Shown here piece by piece: positions 37,910 to 46,678 of a stretch of 64,000 nucleotides of DNA (position 1 is the first letter of the stretch; each line of letters opens with the position of its first letter). Source of the stretch: an uncultured Armatimonadia bacterium (GTDB lineage: Bacteria > Armatimonadota > Zipacnadia > CAVVLO01); assembly GCA_963749155.1 (NCBI GenBank), contig CAVVLO010000001.1, positions 192,001 through 256,000 on the forward strand. The letters are read 5' to 3'. The notes under the pieces are model-generated. The model was not told the origin of the DNA, did not search any database, and saw only the letters and a program-made list of their open reading frames with translations. A program made the position numbers and the translations under genes.

Positions 37910-39740
37910 TGTCGGCGGCTTTCTCCAGTCGTTTCAGAGTGCGAGACCTATAGCTGGCGAGTAGTTCGCGCCACTGTTTCACGTTGAAACCGGCGATCTT
38001 GGTGAGATGGTCTGAGCTACCGTCCAGCTCCGGCCAGCGAGCGATGGGCAGCTGCAACACGCCGCGCCTGAGGTTGGTCAGCGCGGCATCGAGCTGGCTC
38101 GCGATGCGCTCCTTTCCATCCACGAAGTTCGCCAAACGAGATTCCACATCGCCCAGCCCATACCTGCCAGCCTCATGCGCTGCCGACTCCAGCGCGCGCG
38201 CGTTACGTTCCATCTCGTTGATGCCGCCAAACTGACCGTATAGAGCAAGCAACTCGCCCGACTGCCTCAGCAGCGCCGTGCGCCAGTTGCCCTGGGCGCG
38301 CAGGCCTTTGGTCAGCTCGCGCGCAGCCCGACCGGCCTCCCGGGTAACTCGCAGTCGCTGAGAATACCACGCCTCGCTCGGATTTACCCAGCTTGCCTCG
38401 AATTGGCTTGCATACGCCAGCAGTTGTTCGCCTGAAAGGGGCACCTGATGCCAGCCCGCCCACTCTCCAAGTGCAGCAGCCAGGTCGTCGCGCCCCCAGG
38501 CCAGCGCCAACGCCAGCACGTGGTTGAGTTCGTCATACAGGCCTTCGGTGTAGAGCACCAGCCCACCGCTGCCGCCAGCGCGCGCGCCTTCGACATGATG
38601 GGCCATCGCGCCTGGCATGGGATTTGCGCCCAGAAGGCCCCAGCCGCCGGTCATCGTGGTGTCGAGGAAACTCACTCTCGGCAGCCCTGCAGGATAACCA
38701 ACCTCTGCCCAGACGGAGGTCTGCTCTGCCCGGGCGGTCGCCGCCAGGCCTGAGAGCCAGTCCAGTTTGCCTGCGACTTGGGCGAAGTGGTGTATCTCCT
38801 CGGGCGTAAAATGCCAGTCGGTGATTAGGACTTCAAGCTCCGGCCGCACTTCACGGCAGGCGGCGGCGATCTCCTCGGCCAGTTTGAGGCCAGTCTCCAC
38901 CCAGGGAGCGCATTTCTCGCAGCCACAGCCGCCCCAGTCGTAAAAGAAGAGGCACAGTGTGTCCAACTCGCCTGCTTCTTCTACCAGTTGGCGATGGTTG
39001 GCGATGAGCTGCGCGCGCGCCTCGGGATTGGAGGGACACACGGTCTGCAGCGTCCAGCCAGACTGGGGGTGGACCCCGGCGCGCCACTCGGGATGGGCCC
39101 TGGCCTGGTCGGTGTAGACCAGGTTGAGCGTCGAGACGAGGCCTGTCTTCAGGCCCAGGGCTTTGGCTCGGGAATGCAGCGCCTTGAGCTTGGTCCACTG
39201 TTCCAGCGAGTAGCTCTCCGGGTGCTCGTCAAAGGGGCACTCATACTGGTTCTGGCTGAAGTAAAGCCAGAGTTCCGTTGTCCCGAGCAAGGCGCGATAA
39301 TCCAGCAGGTCGAGGAGAAACTCCGTTGGACGCTTCTCATAGCAATTTTTGAAATGCAGTGGCCAGTACTGGATCAGGCGGCTGAACTGGGTCTGACGGC
39401 GTTGTTCCGAAGCCGCCAGGTTCACTTCGCCAGGGGCATAGGTGGTTTTGCCCAGCACTTCTCCAATTGCCCGGCCAAGCGCGCCGTAGCCAGAGCCAGT
39501 CAGGTTGAGTCGAGTAGCGTCTCGTCCAGTTTTTATAGCGTAAGATTGCCCTGGAGATTTGCCCTGGGAGAGAGCCAGATGGACCTCAACGCGCGACTCG
39601 GAGTGGCCGGGGAAGTCTAGCTGGGCACGAGAGCGCAAGGCGCTTTCCAGCAGCACCCCCCACTGCCCAAGCAGCAGCGGCCTGCCTCGGCCAAGCAACA
39701 CGTCGAGGGATGTCGAAGGATCCAGTCTCACCGTCGTCAT
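37896..39740 (-). CDS. Hypothetical protein, possibly a glycoside-hydrolase-like TIM barrel
   Basis: Long ORF inside the operon; CPSNPEAR and YDWGGCGCEKC motifs; start ATG 39740 after GAAGGGG. Confidence 0.6.
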   Translation of the reverse strand: MTTVRLDPSTSLDVLLGRGRPLLLGQWGVLLESALRSRAQLDFPGHSESRVEVHLALSQGKSPGQSYAIKTGRDATRLNLTGSGYGALGRAIGEVLGKTTYAPGEVNLAASEQRRQTQFSRLIQYWPLHFKNCYEKRPTEFLLDLLDYRALLGTTELWLYFSQNQYECPFDEHPESYSLEQWTKLKALHSRAKALGLKTGLVSTLNLVYTDQARAHPEWRAGVHPQSGWTLQTVCPSNPEARAQLIANHRQLVEEAGELDTLCLFFYDWGGCGCEKCAPWVETGLKLAEEIAAACREVRPELEVLITDWHFTPEEIHHFAQVAGKLDWLSGLAATARAEQTSVWAEVGYPAGLPRVSFLDTTMTGGWGLLGANPMPGAMAHHVEGARAGGSGGLVLYTEGLYDELNHVLALALAWGRDDLAAALGEWAGWHQVPLSGEQLLAYASQFEASWVNPSEAWYSQRLRVTREAGRAARELTKGLRAQGNWRTALLRQSGELLALYGQFGGINEMERNARALESAAHEAGRYGLGDVESRLANFVDGKERIASQLDAALTNLRRGVLQLPIARWPELDGSSDHLTKIAGFNVKQWRELLASYRSRTLKRLEKAADNAKS

Positions 39741-39789
39741 CCCCTTCGAGCAGGGGAGGGGCACGGCGCCCCTCCCTTGGCTCAATTGG

Positions 39790-40857
39790 TTAGATAGGCT
39801 TGATTACTACTTCCTTGCCTTTGGCGGCCGACTCGTAAATGGCATCGAGCATCTTCATAAGCCAGATGCCGTCTTCCTCGGTCGCGACTGGCGTCTTGCC
39901 CTCAAGCAGGCAATCTACGAAAGCGCGCACTTCGGCGGCGATCCAGGAGCCACTCGGCGGGATATGCGGAGTGACATCCTGCTGGACGCCATCTTTTTCG
40001 GTGAAGAGGCGGAAGGGATCGAGCGTGCAGCCGGCTTTCTCGCCGAACAGCTCGAAGACGCCCTGCTCGCGCTCGACGAAGCTGGCCCAGGTGGCCTCGA
40101 GCTGGATGGCCGCGCCATTCGCGAAGCGGATCATCCCGAAGGTGTTGTCATCCACATCGAAGGTGCCACCCGTGACGTGAGTGCCCCAGCCGCCAAGGCC
40201 TTTGCCCTGACCGCCAAATTTGTCGAAGGAGACGCCTACGGCGCTGACCGGGGTCGGCTTGCCCATAAGGTACCAGGTGAGGTCAAGTGCGTGCACGCCG
40301 ATGTCTATCAGCGCGCCGCCGCCTGCGAGGGCTTTGGTCGTGAACCAGCCGCCGTAGCCGGGGATGCCGGTGCGACGCAGCCAGCCGGTGCGGGCGAAGT
40401 AGATATCGCCAAATTCGCCGGAGTCTACCATCTGCTTCACATATTTGGCTTCGTTGCGGAAACGCTGGCACATCGCCATCACGAACAGGGGCGGCTTCTT
40501 CTGAGAGTCGCGCCAGGCCTTGATTTTCAGGGCCTCTTTGGCGGTGACGGACATCGGCTTCTCGCACAGCACGTTCAGACCTGCCTCGAGGCAGTCGAGG
40601 GCGATTGGCACGTGGAAGGCGTTAGGCGTGCCGATGCTTACGCAGTCCAGCTTGGACTTCTTCAGCATCTCTTTGTGATCAGTGTAGATTTCTGGAACGT
40701 TGAAGTCCTTGGCGAACTGCTCGGCCCTGGCCCCGTCCTTGTCGCAGATGGCGACGAGTTCGGCTCGCGGGTCGGCGACGTAGCCTTCGGCGTGCGCGCG
40801 GCCGATGCCGGCGCCGACTATGGCGGCCCTCACTTTGGTTTTCTTACTGGCGGGCAC
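39790..40857 (-). CDS. Gfo/Idh/MocA family oxidoreductase
   Basis: AIVGAGIG; TPNAFH; VLCEKPM; GGGALIDIGVHALD. Confidence 0.93.
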   Translation of the reverse strand: MPASKKTKVRAAIVGAGIGRAHAEGYVADPRAELVAICDKDGARAEQFAKDFNVPEIYTDHKEMLKKSKLDCVSIGTPNAFHVPIALDCLEAGLNVLCEKPMSVTAKEALKIKAWRDSQKKPPLFVMAMCQRFRNEAKYVKQMVDSGEFGDIYFARTGWLRRTGIPGYGGWFTTKALAGGGALIDIGVHALDLTWYLMGKPTPVSAVGVSFDKFGGQGKGLGGWGTHVTGGTFDVDDNTFGMIRFANGAAIQLEATWASFVEREQGVFELFGEKAGCTLDPFRLFTEKDGVQQDVTPHIPPSGSWIAAEVRAFVDCLLEGKTPVATEEDGIWLMKMLDAIYESAAKGKEVVIKPI

Positions 40858-41052
40858 GATGACCCCTCCCTGTTTTTATTATGCCTCATATTGAGCTTTC
40901 TGGCTTCGGGCATTCTACACGACTTGCGCCCCTCCTTCACCCCCTTGCCAGTTTCGGCTTGCAGGGAACCAATTACAGTGCGAGAAGTTCTAGCTAATAA
41001 GCTTGCTTTATGTCCCAGATTACCCGCTAACACTAACAAGGGGTTAAGGACA

Positions 41053-42255
41053 ATGAAAGCACCAAAGCAGCACTTGGCACTCCTCATCATTCTGTTAATA
41101 GGGTTGTCTCTCCTAGTCACGCTGCCCGGTTGTCGGCACTCAGACAGTCGACCACCAAACCACCCCATATTACAGCAGCAAGGGCCGCCGCCCACACTGC
41201 CGCCCTTCGCCGTGAAGGGCAACAGCAGTGACTTCAGGACCGTCCAGTTCGTCCCCACGCTCGATACTCCACTGGAGGGGAGTATAAACGCCATCTGGTG
41301 CGCTTCTTTCGAGCTGGCCTGGCGGCAGTTGATAGATGAAGTACTGAAAGAGCCTGTGAAGCTTGTGCCCGAGAAGCCCATCGTTACGCGCTTGAACGCC
41401 TCGCCCTTCTCCAAGAGCTGGCTGCCGGACGGCAACTGGTTCGCAGTGGCAGGATACGTGGATGAGGGCATCCTCCAACGTATTAAAGACGGGATGAAAG
41501 CGTTTCCTGACGCAACGCCCCCAGATCTCAGTGAGTATGAAAACACACCCTTCCTGGTCACATATGGGTACCTGAGGGGCGATGTGGTGTTCGATAAACC
41601 ATTCCTGAAAGAGGAAGGCAAGCTGAGCTTCACCAGTGCTGGCGGGCAGGCCCAGCCGGTCAAAGCCTTTGGCGTGCTGCGCGACGACTTTGGCCAGGTG
41701 GAGGTGCGCGGCCAGGTGGAGGTGCTGTATAGTTCGACTGCAGGAGACAGCGCGTCTGATGAGTTCGCACTGGACCTGTCCAGAGCTACCGAGCCCTCAC
41801 AGCTTGTTGTGGCGTGTGTGAAGCCCGAGGTTACACTAGGGGCCACTCTGGATGCGCTGGACGCGAAGATCAGCGGCTGGCGGCCGGAGAAGGGACAACG
41901 GGAACTGCGCGACGACGACGACCTGATGGTGCCCACTATGGGACTCTCTCTGCTCCACAGTTACCAGGAGCTACTAGGGCTCAAGCTGGAGAATCCCGTC
42001 AAGATGCAGCACAACCCGGTGCTTCGGGCGGATCAGCTTGTGGACTTCCGCCTAACGAGGTGGGGCGCGCAGTTGTCATCCTACGGTGCAATGGTGGTAG
42101 GTTCAGCAGCCATATCGCATGGCCGCAAGTTCGTCTTCGACCGCCCCTTCCTCGTGTATATGAAGAAGCGCGGGGAGAAGACGCCCTACTTCGCGATGTG
42201 GGTGGCGGACGCAACCTTTATGTATCAGGGGAACAATACTTCTCAGGCACCTTAG
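41053..42255 (+). CDS. Serpin-like lipoprotein, paralog 1
   Basis: Start ATG 41053 after AAGGA; LPGC lipobox; NAIWCASFELAW; C-terminal Q.VDFRL..WGAQLSS...FVFDRPFLVYM...PYF resembles the serpin hinge, reactive loop and signature. Confidence 0.7.
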   Translation: MKAPKQHLALLIILLIGLSLLVTLPGCRHSDSRPPNHPILQQQGPPPTLPPFAVKGNSSDFRTVQFVPTLDTPLEGSINAIWCASFELAWRQLIDEVLKEPVKLVPEKPIVTRLNASPFSKSWLPDGNWFAVAGYVDEGILQRIKDGMKAFPDATPPDLSEYENTPFLVTYGYLRGDVVFDKPFLKEEGKLSFTSAGGQAQPVKAFGVLRDDFGQVEVRGQVEVLYSSTAGDSASDEFALDLSRATEPSQLVVACVKPEVTLGATLDALDAKISGWRPEKGQRELRDDDDLMVPTMGLSLLHSYQELLGLKLENPVKMQHNPVLRADQLVDFRLTRWGAQLSSYGAMVVGSAAISHGRKFVFDRPFLVYMKKRGEKTPYFAMWVADATFMYQGNNTSQAP

Positions 42256-42325
42256 GCAGCATACTCTGCGTTCTGGTATAGGGAGACGATACATAAGGAT
42301 GAAGAAAGCTCTGATCGCTGCTCTT
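42145..42325 (+). repeat. 181-bp direct repeat, copy 1 (gene 3' end, intergenic region and start of next gene)
   Basis: Matches 43460-43640 with 4 mismatches by manual alignment. Confidence 0.95.
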
Positions 42326-43570
42326 ATGTTTTTGGCGATGGTGCTTGTATGTATGGCGGCACTGGCCACCCCACCTGAGCTATTCGACGATGAGGAGGGC
42401 TTAGAAAAGTACCTGGAGGCATGCCAGGCAGCCGAGGATGAGGACGGCTTCGTGGACTTCTTCAAGCTGCCGAGGGAGTACTGGCCGGAAAGGCTGGAGG
42501 GGCTGGTCTTGCCGCCGCTGGCCTTCGATGGCACAACCTGGGGCCTCGAAGATGTGCAGTTCGCGCCCACCTTTGACACAGTCATGGAGTCAGCCAAGAA
42601 TGTTTTATGGTGCGCGACCTTCGAACTGGCGTGGCGCCAGTTGATAGACGAAGTCCTGAAAGAACCTGTGAAGCTCGATCCGCCCAGTCCTGTTGCCGAC
42701 CGGCTGAACGCCTCAAAGACTTCAAGTAAGCAGATACCAGAAGGTCAATGGTTTGCGGCTGCGGGGTTCGAGGACGAAGGCGTACTGGACCGCATCAGTC
42801 AGGGGCTTGCGGCTTTTCCCGGGGCTCAGCAGCCAGACCTCAGCGAGTATGTGAATACTGGTGACCTCATCACCTATTCGTATCTCGCGACAGATGTCAG
42901 GTTCAAGCCGGAGTTCAGCCAGCATGATGATCGCCTGATCTTCACCTCGAGTGATGGCAGCAAGCACAGGGTCAAAGCTTTTGGGCTTACAGAAGAAGAT
43001 TCTTGTTGCGACGACCAGCACGAGTCGGTGCGAGTGCTCTATTGTTCCGAAGAAGGCTCAGGCCAGCCCCGCGAGTTCGCTTTAGACCTGTGCCACTACA
43101 GCAAGCCTAGCCAGGTTGTAATAGCCTGCGTAGAGCCGGCGGGCACACTGGAAGCGACAGTGGCCAGCGTGGAGGAGAAGATCGCCAACTGGCATCCGGA
43201 CGATCTCCTGGCGCGGAAGCTGAGCAACTACGAGCAACTGTTAGTCCCCGATTTGGGCTTCCGCCTCCTTCACAGCTACAAAGAGTTGCTTTTGCATGTG
43301 CTGGCCAATCCAGGAAAGGGTGAGGGATTGTCAATCGTGCGGGCGGAGCAACTGGTCAACTTCCGCCTTACCAAGTATGGCGCGGTGCTATCTTCCTATT
43401 CTATGATGATAGCACTTGGCTACGAGCGGGGCGTAGGCAGGTCCTTTTACTTTGACAAGCCCTTCCTCGTGTATATGAAGAAGCGCGGGGAGAAGACGCC
43501 CTACTTTGCGATGTGGGTGGCGGACGCAACCTTTATGTATCAGGGGAGCAATACTTCTCAGGCACCTTAG
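42299..43570 (+). CDS. Serpin-like secreted protein, paralog 2
   Basis: Sec-type signal (ALA/T); NVLWCATFELAW; FYFDKPFLVYM. Confidence 0.7.
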   Translation: MKKALIAALMFLAMVLVCMAALATPPELFDDEEGLEKYLEACQAAEDEDGFVDFFKLPREYWPERLEGLVLPPLAFDGTTWGLEDVQFAPTFDTVMESAKNVLWCATFELAWRQLIDEVLKEPVKLDPPSPVADRLNASKTSSKQIPEGQWFAAAGFEDEGVLDRISQGLAAFPGAQQPDLSEYVNTGDLITYSYLATDVRFKPEFSQHDDRLIFTSSDGSKHRVKAFGLTEEDSCCDDQHESVRVLYCSEEGSGQPREFALDLCHYSKPSQVVIACVEPAGTLEATVASVEEKIANWHPDDLLARKLSNYEQLLVPDLGFRLLHSYKELLLHVLANPGKGEGLSIVRAEQLVNFRLTKYGAVLSSYSMMIALGYERGVGRSFYFDKPFLVYMKKRGEKTPYFAMWVADATFMYQGSNTSQAP

Positions 43571-43640
43571 GCAGTATACTCTGAGTTCTGGTATAGGGAG
43601 ACGATACATAAGGATGAAGAAAGCTCTGATCGCTGCTCTT
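43460..43640 (+). repeat. 181-bp direct repeat, copy 2
   Basis: Matches 42145-42325 with 4 mismatches. Confidence 0.95.
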
Positions 43641-44990
43641 CTTCTGCTACCAGCGTTGCTCCTGGTACTGCCAGGCTGCCAGCAGTCAACGAGCCGATCG
43701 CCCCAGCAGCCCGTGGCACTAACGCTTCAACAGCCCGAGCTGGGCTCTCCTCTGGGGGGGCATGAGAAGAACAACCTGCGGCTGGTGAGTGGCAGCGAAG
43801 AACGGCGCGTATATAGCATGGAGGCCCTCGATGCTATCGCTGATGCCATGGATGAGTATGGCCATATAGACTGGTCCAGGGTGCCTGCCGAGTATGTGCC
43901 CGAGTCGGTGCGCGAAGCCAAGCTGCCCCCGCCTGCCGTCTCGGGCAACAGCCAGACCTACCCGACGGTGCGGTTCTGCCCGACGTTGTCCAGTTCCTTC
44001 GATCCCAAGAGAAATGCGCTGTGGTGCGCGTCCTTCCAACTCGCCTGGCAGCAGTTGTCAGACGAAGTGCTGAAGGGGCCGGTGAAGGTTGTCCCAGCCA
44101 ACCCAGTCGTTGATGAGTTGAATGCGGCGCCGTTTTCAAAGATGTGGATTCCCGATGGCTGCGCTTTCGCCGCCGCTGGTTATGGAGATAAGGGCATCGT
44201 TAAGCGGATTGAAGAGGGGATGAAAGCTTTCCCAGACGCTAACGTGCCGAATTTCAAAGAGTATAAAGGGAAAAAGTGTCTAGTTTCTTTCGGTTACCTT
44301 ACGAGCGATGTCCTTTTCCGGGCGCCCTTCTTGGACAAGCCGACTGGACTGGATTTCACCGCACTGGATGGCACTGTTTGGCCGGTCAAGGGGTTCGGAG
44401 TGCTGCAGAAGGATTATGGGCGCGTATACGAGCGCGAGCAAGTGACCGTGTTGTACTACGCATCGTCAACGGACAACCAGCCTGCCGAGTTCGCGCTGGA
44501 CCTGTGCAAGTATTCGCAACCGAGCCAGCTTGTGGTGGCTTGCGTGAAACCTGAAGCCACGCTCCAGGCCACTCTCGAGGCCCTCGAAGCGAAGATGAAG
44601 GGCTGGAATCCAGAGGAGGAGAAGGACCGCCATCTGCAGGACGAGGACGACCTGCTTGTGCCGACGCTGGGATTGTCTCTGTTGCACTCGTATGACGAGA
44701 TTCTGGGCGCCATGCTGGCCAATCCGGTCAGGGGGCAAGGGTGGCCCTTTGTGCGCGCCGAGCAGAAGGTAGACTTCCTCCTGACGCGTTGGGGCGCGCA
44801 GCTGTCTTCATATGGTGTAGACGTGGCACTGTGTGCCACGATGCACCAGTACCGACACTTTGTCTTCGACCGCCCCTTCCTCGTGTATATGAAGAAGCGC
44901 GGGGAGAAGACGCCCTACTTCGCGATGTGGGTGGCGGACACAACTTTTATGTATCCGCAGGAGCCGGTCGAGGAGCCGGCCACTCAGTAG
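43614..44990 (+). CDS. Serpin-like lipoprotein, paralog 3
   Basis: Start ATG 43614 in the same context as 42299; LPGC lipobox; NALWCASFQLAW; FVFDRPFLVYM. Confidence 0.7.
   Translation: MKKALIAALLLLPALLLVLPGCQQSTSRSPQQPVALTLQQPELGSPLGGHEKNNLRLVSGSEERRVYSMEALDAIADAMDEYGHIDWSRVPAEYVPESVREAKLPPPAVSGNSQTYPTVRFCPTLSSSFDPKRNALWCASFQLAWQQLSDEVLKGPVKVVPANPVVDELNAAPFSKMWIPDGCAFAAAGYGDKGIVKRIEEGMKAFPDANVPNFKEYKGKKCLVSFGYLTSDVLFRAPFLDKPTGLDFTALDGTVWPVKGFGVLQKDYGRVYEREQVTVLYYASSTDNQPAEFALDLCKYSQPSQLVVACVKPEATLQATLEALEAKMKGWNPEEEKDRHLQDEDDLLVPTLGLSLLHSYDEILGAMLANPVRGQGWPFVRAEQKVDFLLTRWGAQLSSYGVDVALCATMHQYRHFVFDRPFLVYMKKRGEKTPYFAMWVADTTFMYPQEPVEEPATQ
44862..44955 (+). repeat. Partial third copy of the repeat (94 bp)
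   Basis: Matches 42133-42226 with 2 mismatches. Confidence 0.92.
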
Positions 44991-45310
44991 TTGAAGCGCG
45001 ACAAGGTCTGGAAAAACAGCGCCAGCCAGGGCGAGGAGAAGATCATCACCAGGCTGAGGCCAATGCCGTAGCGGTCCCAGATGTCCATATCCTTGCGGAA
45101 ATCAGCGATCGAGGCATGCCGGCCATGACGCCAGGCGATGGCGTCACCACTGCGGGCCAGGATGTAACCGGCCAGGATTGGGCCGATGAAAGGCAAGGCG
45201 CAGAAGAGGACAAGCGCGGCCAGTCCCTCCAGCCAGGCACGGTGGAAGAAAGCCCACATAAAGGAAAGCCCGAAGGCGCCCCAGTTCCAGCTACGCAGCA
45301 CACGAGCCAC
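44984..45310 (-). CDS. Small membrane protein with WNWGAF motif (DUF2628-like)
   Basis: GTG start after AGGAGGAGG; WNWGAF...W...; G..IAWR. Confidence 0.7.
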   Translation of the reverse strand: MARVLRSWNWGAFGLSFMWAFFHRAWLEGLAALVLFCALPFIGPILAGYILARSGDAIAWRHGRHASIADFRKDMDIWDRYGIGLSLVMIFSSPWLALFFQTLSRFNY

Positions 45311-45314
45311 GTGG

Positions 45315-45899
45315 CTAGCCCTCCTCCTGGGCCCGCTCATCGGCCTCGATGAGGAAAGGCAGCAGTTCTTCTGGTTCGGGCAAGGCTTCTCCTTCGAGCG
45401 CGGGGAGCCTCGGTAGCTCCTCCAGAGTGGACAAGCCCAGCGCCTGAAGGAAGAGTTCGGTCGTGCCATAGAGCCGGGGCTTGCCTGGCGCATCTTTGCG
45501 CCCCACTGTGCGGATAAGTCCGCGGCGCTCCAGCCGGTCGACCAGATAGGCCGAATTTACCCCGCGCAGTTCTTCAACTTCGGGCCTGGTAATAGGCTGG
45601 CGATACGCGATGATGGCGAGCGTGACCATAGCGGCGGGGGAAAGACGCGCCGGCGGGCGGGAGAGGAACTTCTCGACCCAGAGGGCTACCTCGGGCCGGG
45701 TTACCAGTCGCCAAAGGCCGTTGAGGGAGACAACCTGCAGCCCTCCCTCGTGCGAGAGGCGTTCTCTAAGAAGGGCCAGGCCCTCGGAGACCTCTTCTTC
45801 GGGCAGCTCGAAAAGCTGGGCGAGCTGTTCGAGGCTTGCGCCCTCTTCCGAAACAAACAGTACGGCCTCAAGAGCCGCCGAGAGCTTCTCAGCTTCCAC
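45315..45899 (-). CDS. scpB: SMC-Scp complex subunit ScpB
   Basis: LEAVLFV; LSPAAMVTLAIIAYRQPITR.EVEELRGV; PGKPRLYGTT..FL..LGL..L.ELP. Confidence 0.95.
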   Translation of the reverse strand: MEAEKLSAALEAVLFVSEEGASLEQLAQLFELPEEEVSEGLALLRERLSHEGGLQVVSLNGLWRLVTRPEVALWVEKFLSRPPARLSPAAMVTLAIIAYRQPITRPEVEELRGVNSAYLVDRLERRGLIRTVGRKDAPGKPRLYGTTELFLQALGLSTLEELPRLPALEGEALPEPEELLPFLIEADERAQEEG

Positions 45900-46671
45900 T
45901 ACGAGCGCCTCCTCGGCGGGGAGTAACCTCAATCGGCGCGAAAGGCGCCTCTTGCTCGGCGCGCGCCTCGCGCATAAATACCATATGGACGAGTGCCAGG
46001 AAATACGCGGCCACTCTGCCAGGGCCTGGCTCGGGACCAAGCAACTCTTCGAAGCGGCGCGCGGCCCGGTGCCCTGCGAAAAGCTGGCGTAGCTCGCTGA
46101 CCGCCCCGGTCAGAGAAAACTCTTCTTCCGGAAGCACGGCCTCACGGGGGACGCGCGACTCCATCAGATCAGCAAAAGCCTCGAGCAAGTGCCTGAGGCT
46201 CAGCCGGTCCAGGTCATATTCGGCCTCTGGCTCGGCTTCGGCCACCTGGCGACGATAGGTGCGCCCGAAAGTCTCAAAGCGCGCGCCAAGGAACTGGCCA
46301 ACTTCCGAATAGCGCTCATATTCGGCTATCTGCAGCAGCAGCGCCTTGCGCGTGCGCTCGTAATCTTCAGCTTCATCCTCGGTCGCTTCGCTTGGCGCCT
46401 GGGGCAGCAGGCCGCGCGACTTGAGGTAGAGCAGCGTAGCAGCCATCACTACGAAGGCTGAAGTTACCTCGACCTCGAAAGCTTCGGCCTCGCGCAGGTA
46501 TTCGAGATACTGATCGCAGATCTCGGCCAACGGTAGTTCGTCGAGGGGTACCTGCTTCTTGCGGACCAGATGAACCAGCAGATCAAGTGGGCCCTCGAAG
46601 GCCGCCAGCCTCACGGGGAAGCCGACATAACCAAGCTCGGAGAAGCTTCTCTGCTCTTCGACGGCCGCCAT
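45889..46671 (-). CDS. scpA: Segregation and condensation protein ScpA
   Basis: FEGPLDLLVHL; FVVMAATLLYLKSR.LLP; FLALV; Q..PFAPI. Confidence 0.95.
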   Translation of the reverse strand: MAAVEEQRSFSELGYVGFPVRLAAFEGPLDLLVHLVRKKQVPLDELPLAEICDQYLEYLREAEAFEVEVTSAFVVMAATLLYLKSRGLLPQAPSEATEDEAEDYERTRKALLLQIAEYERYSEVGQFLGARFETFGRTYRRQVAEAEPEAEYDLDRLSLRHLLEAFADLMESRVPREAVLPEEEFSLTGAVSELRQLFAGHRAARRFEELLGPEPGPGRVAAYFLALVHMVFMREARAEQEAPFAPIEVTPRRGGARSGS

Positions 46672-46678
46672 CGGGGCG

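Noticed and set aside
35756..37987. 743-aa plus-strand ORF
   Set aside because: Antisense shadow of two UroD-family genes with strong codon bias; no recognisable motifs.
39559..41052. Apparent 898-aa ORF 39559-42255
   Set aside because: The first ~500 codons are antisense to the Gfo gene or intergenic. The real gene starts at ATG 41053 with an RBS and a lipoprotein signal.
42256..43613. Integron cassette array with attC sites
   Set aside because: The repeats are mostly coding, lack the RYYYAAC...GTTRRRY palindromic structure, and no integrase is present.
42064..44955. Diversity-generating retroelement (variable region plus repeat)
   Set aside because: No reverse transcriptase in the window, no non-coding template repeat, and loop differences are not confined to adenine positions.
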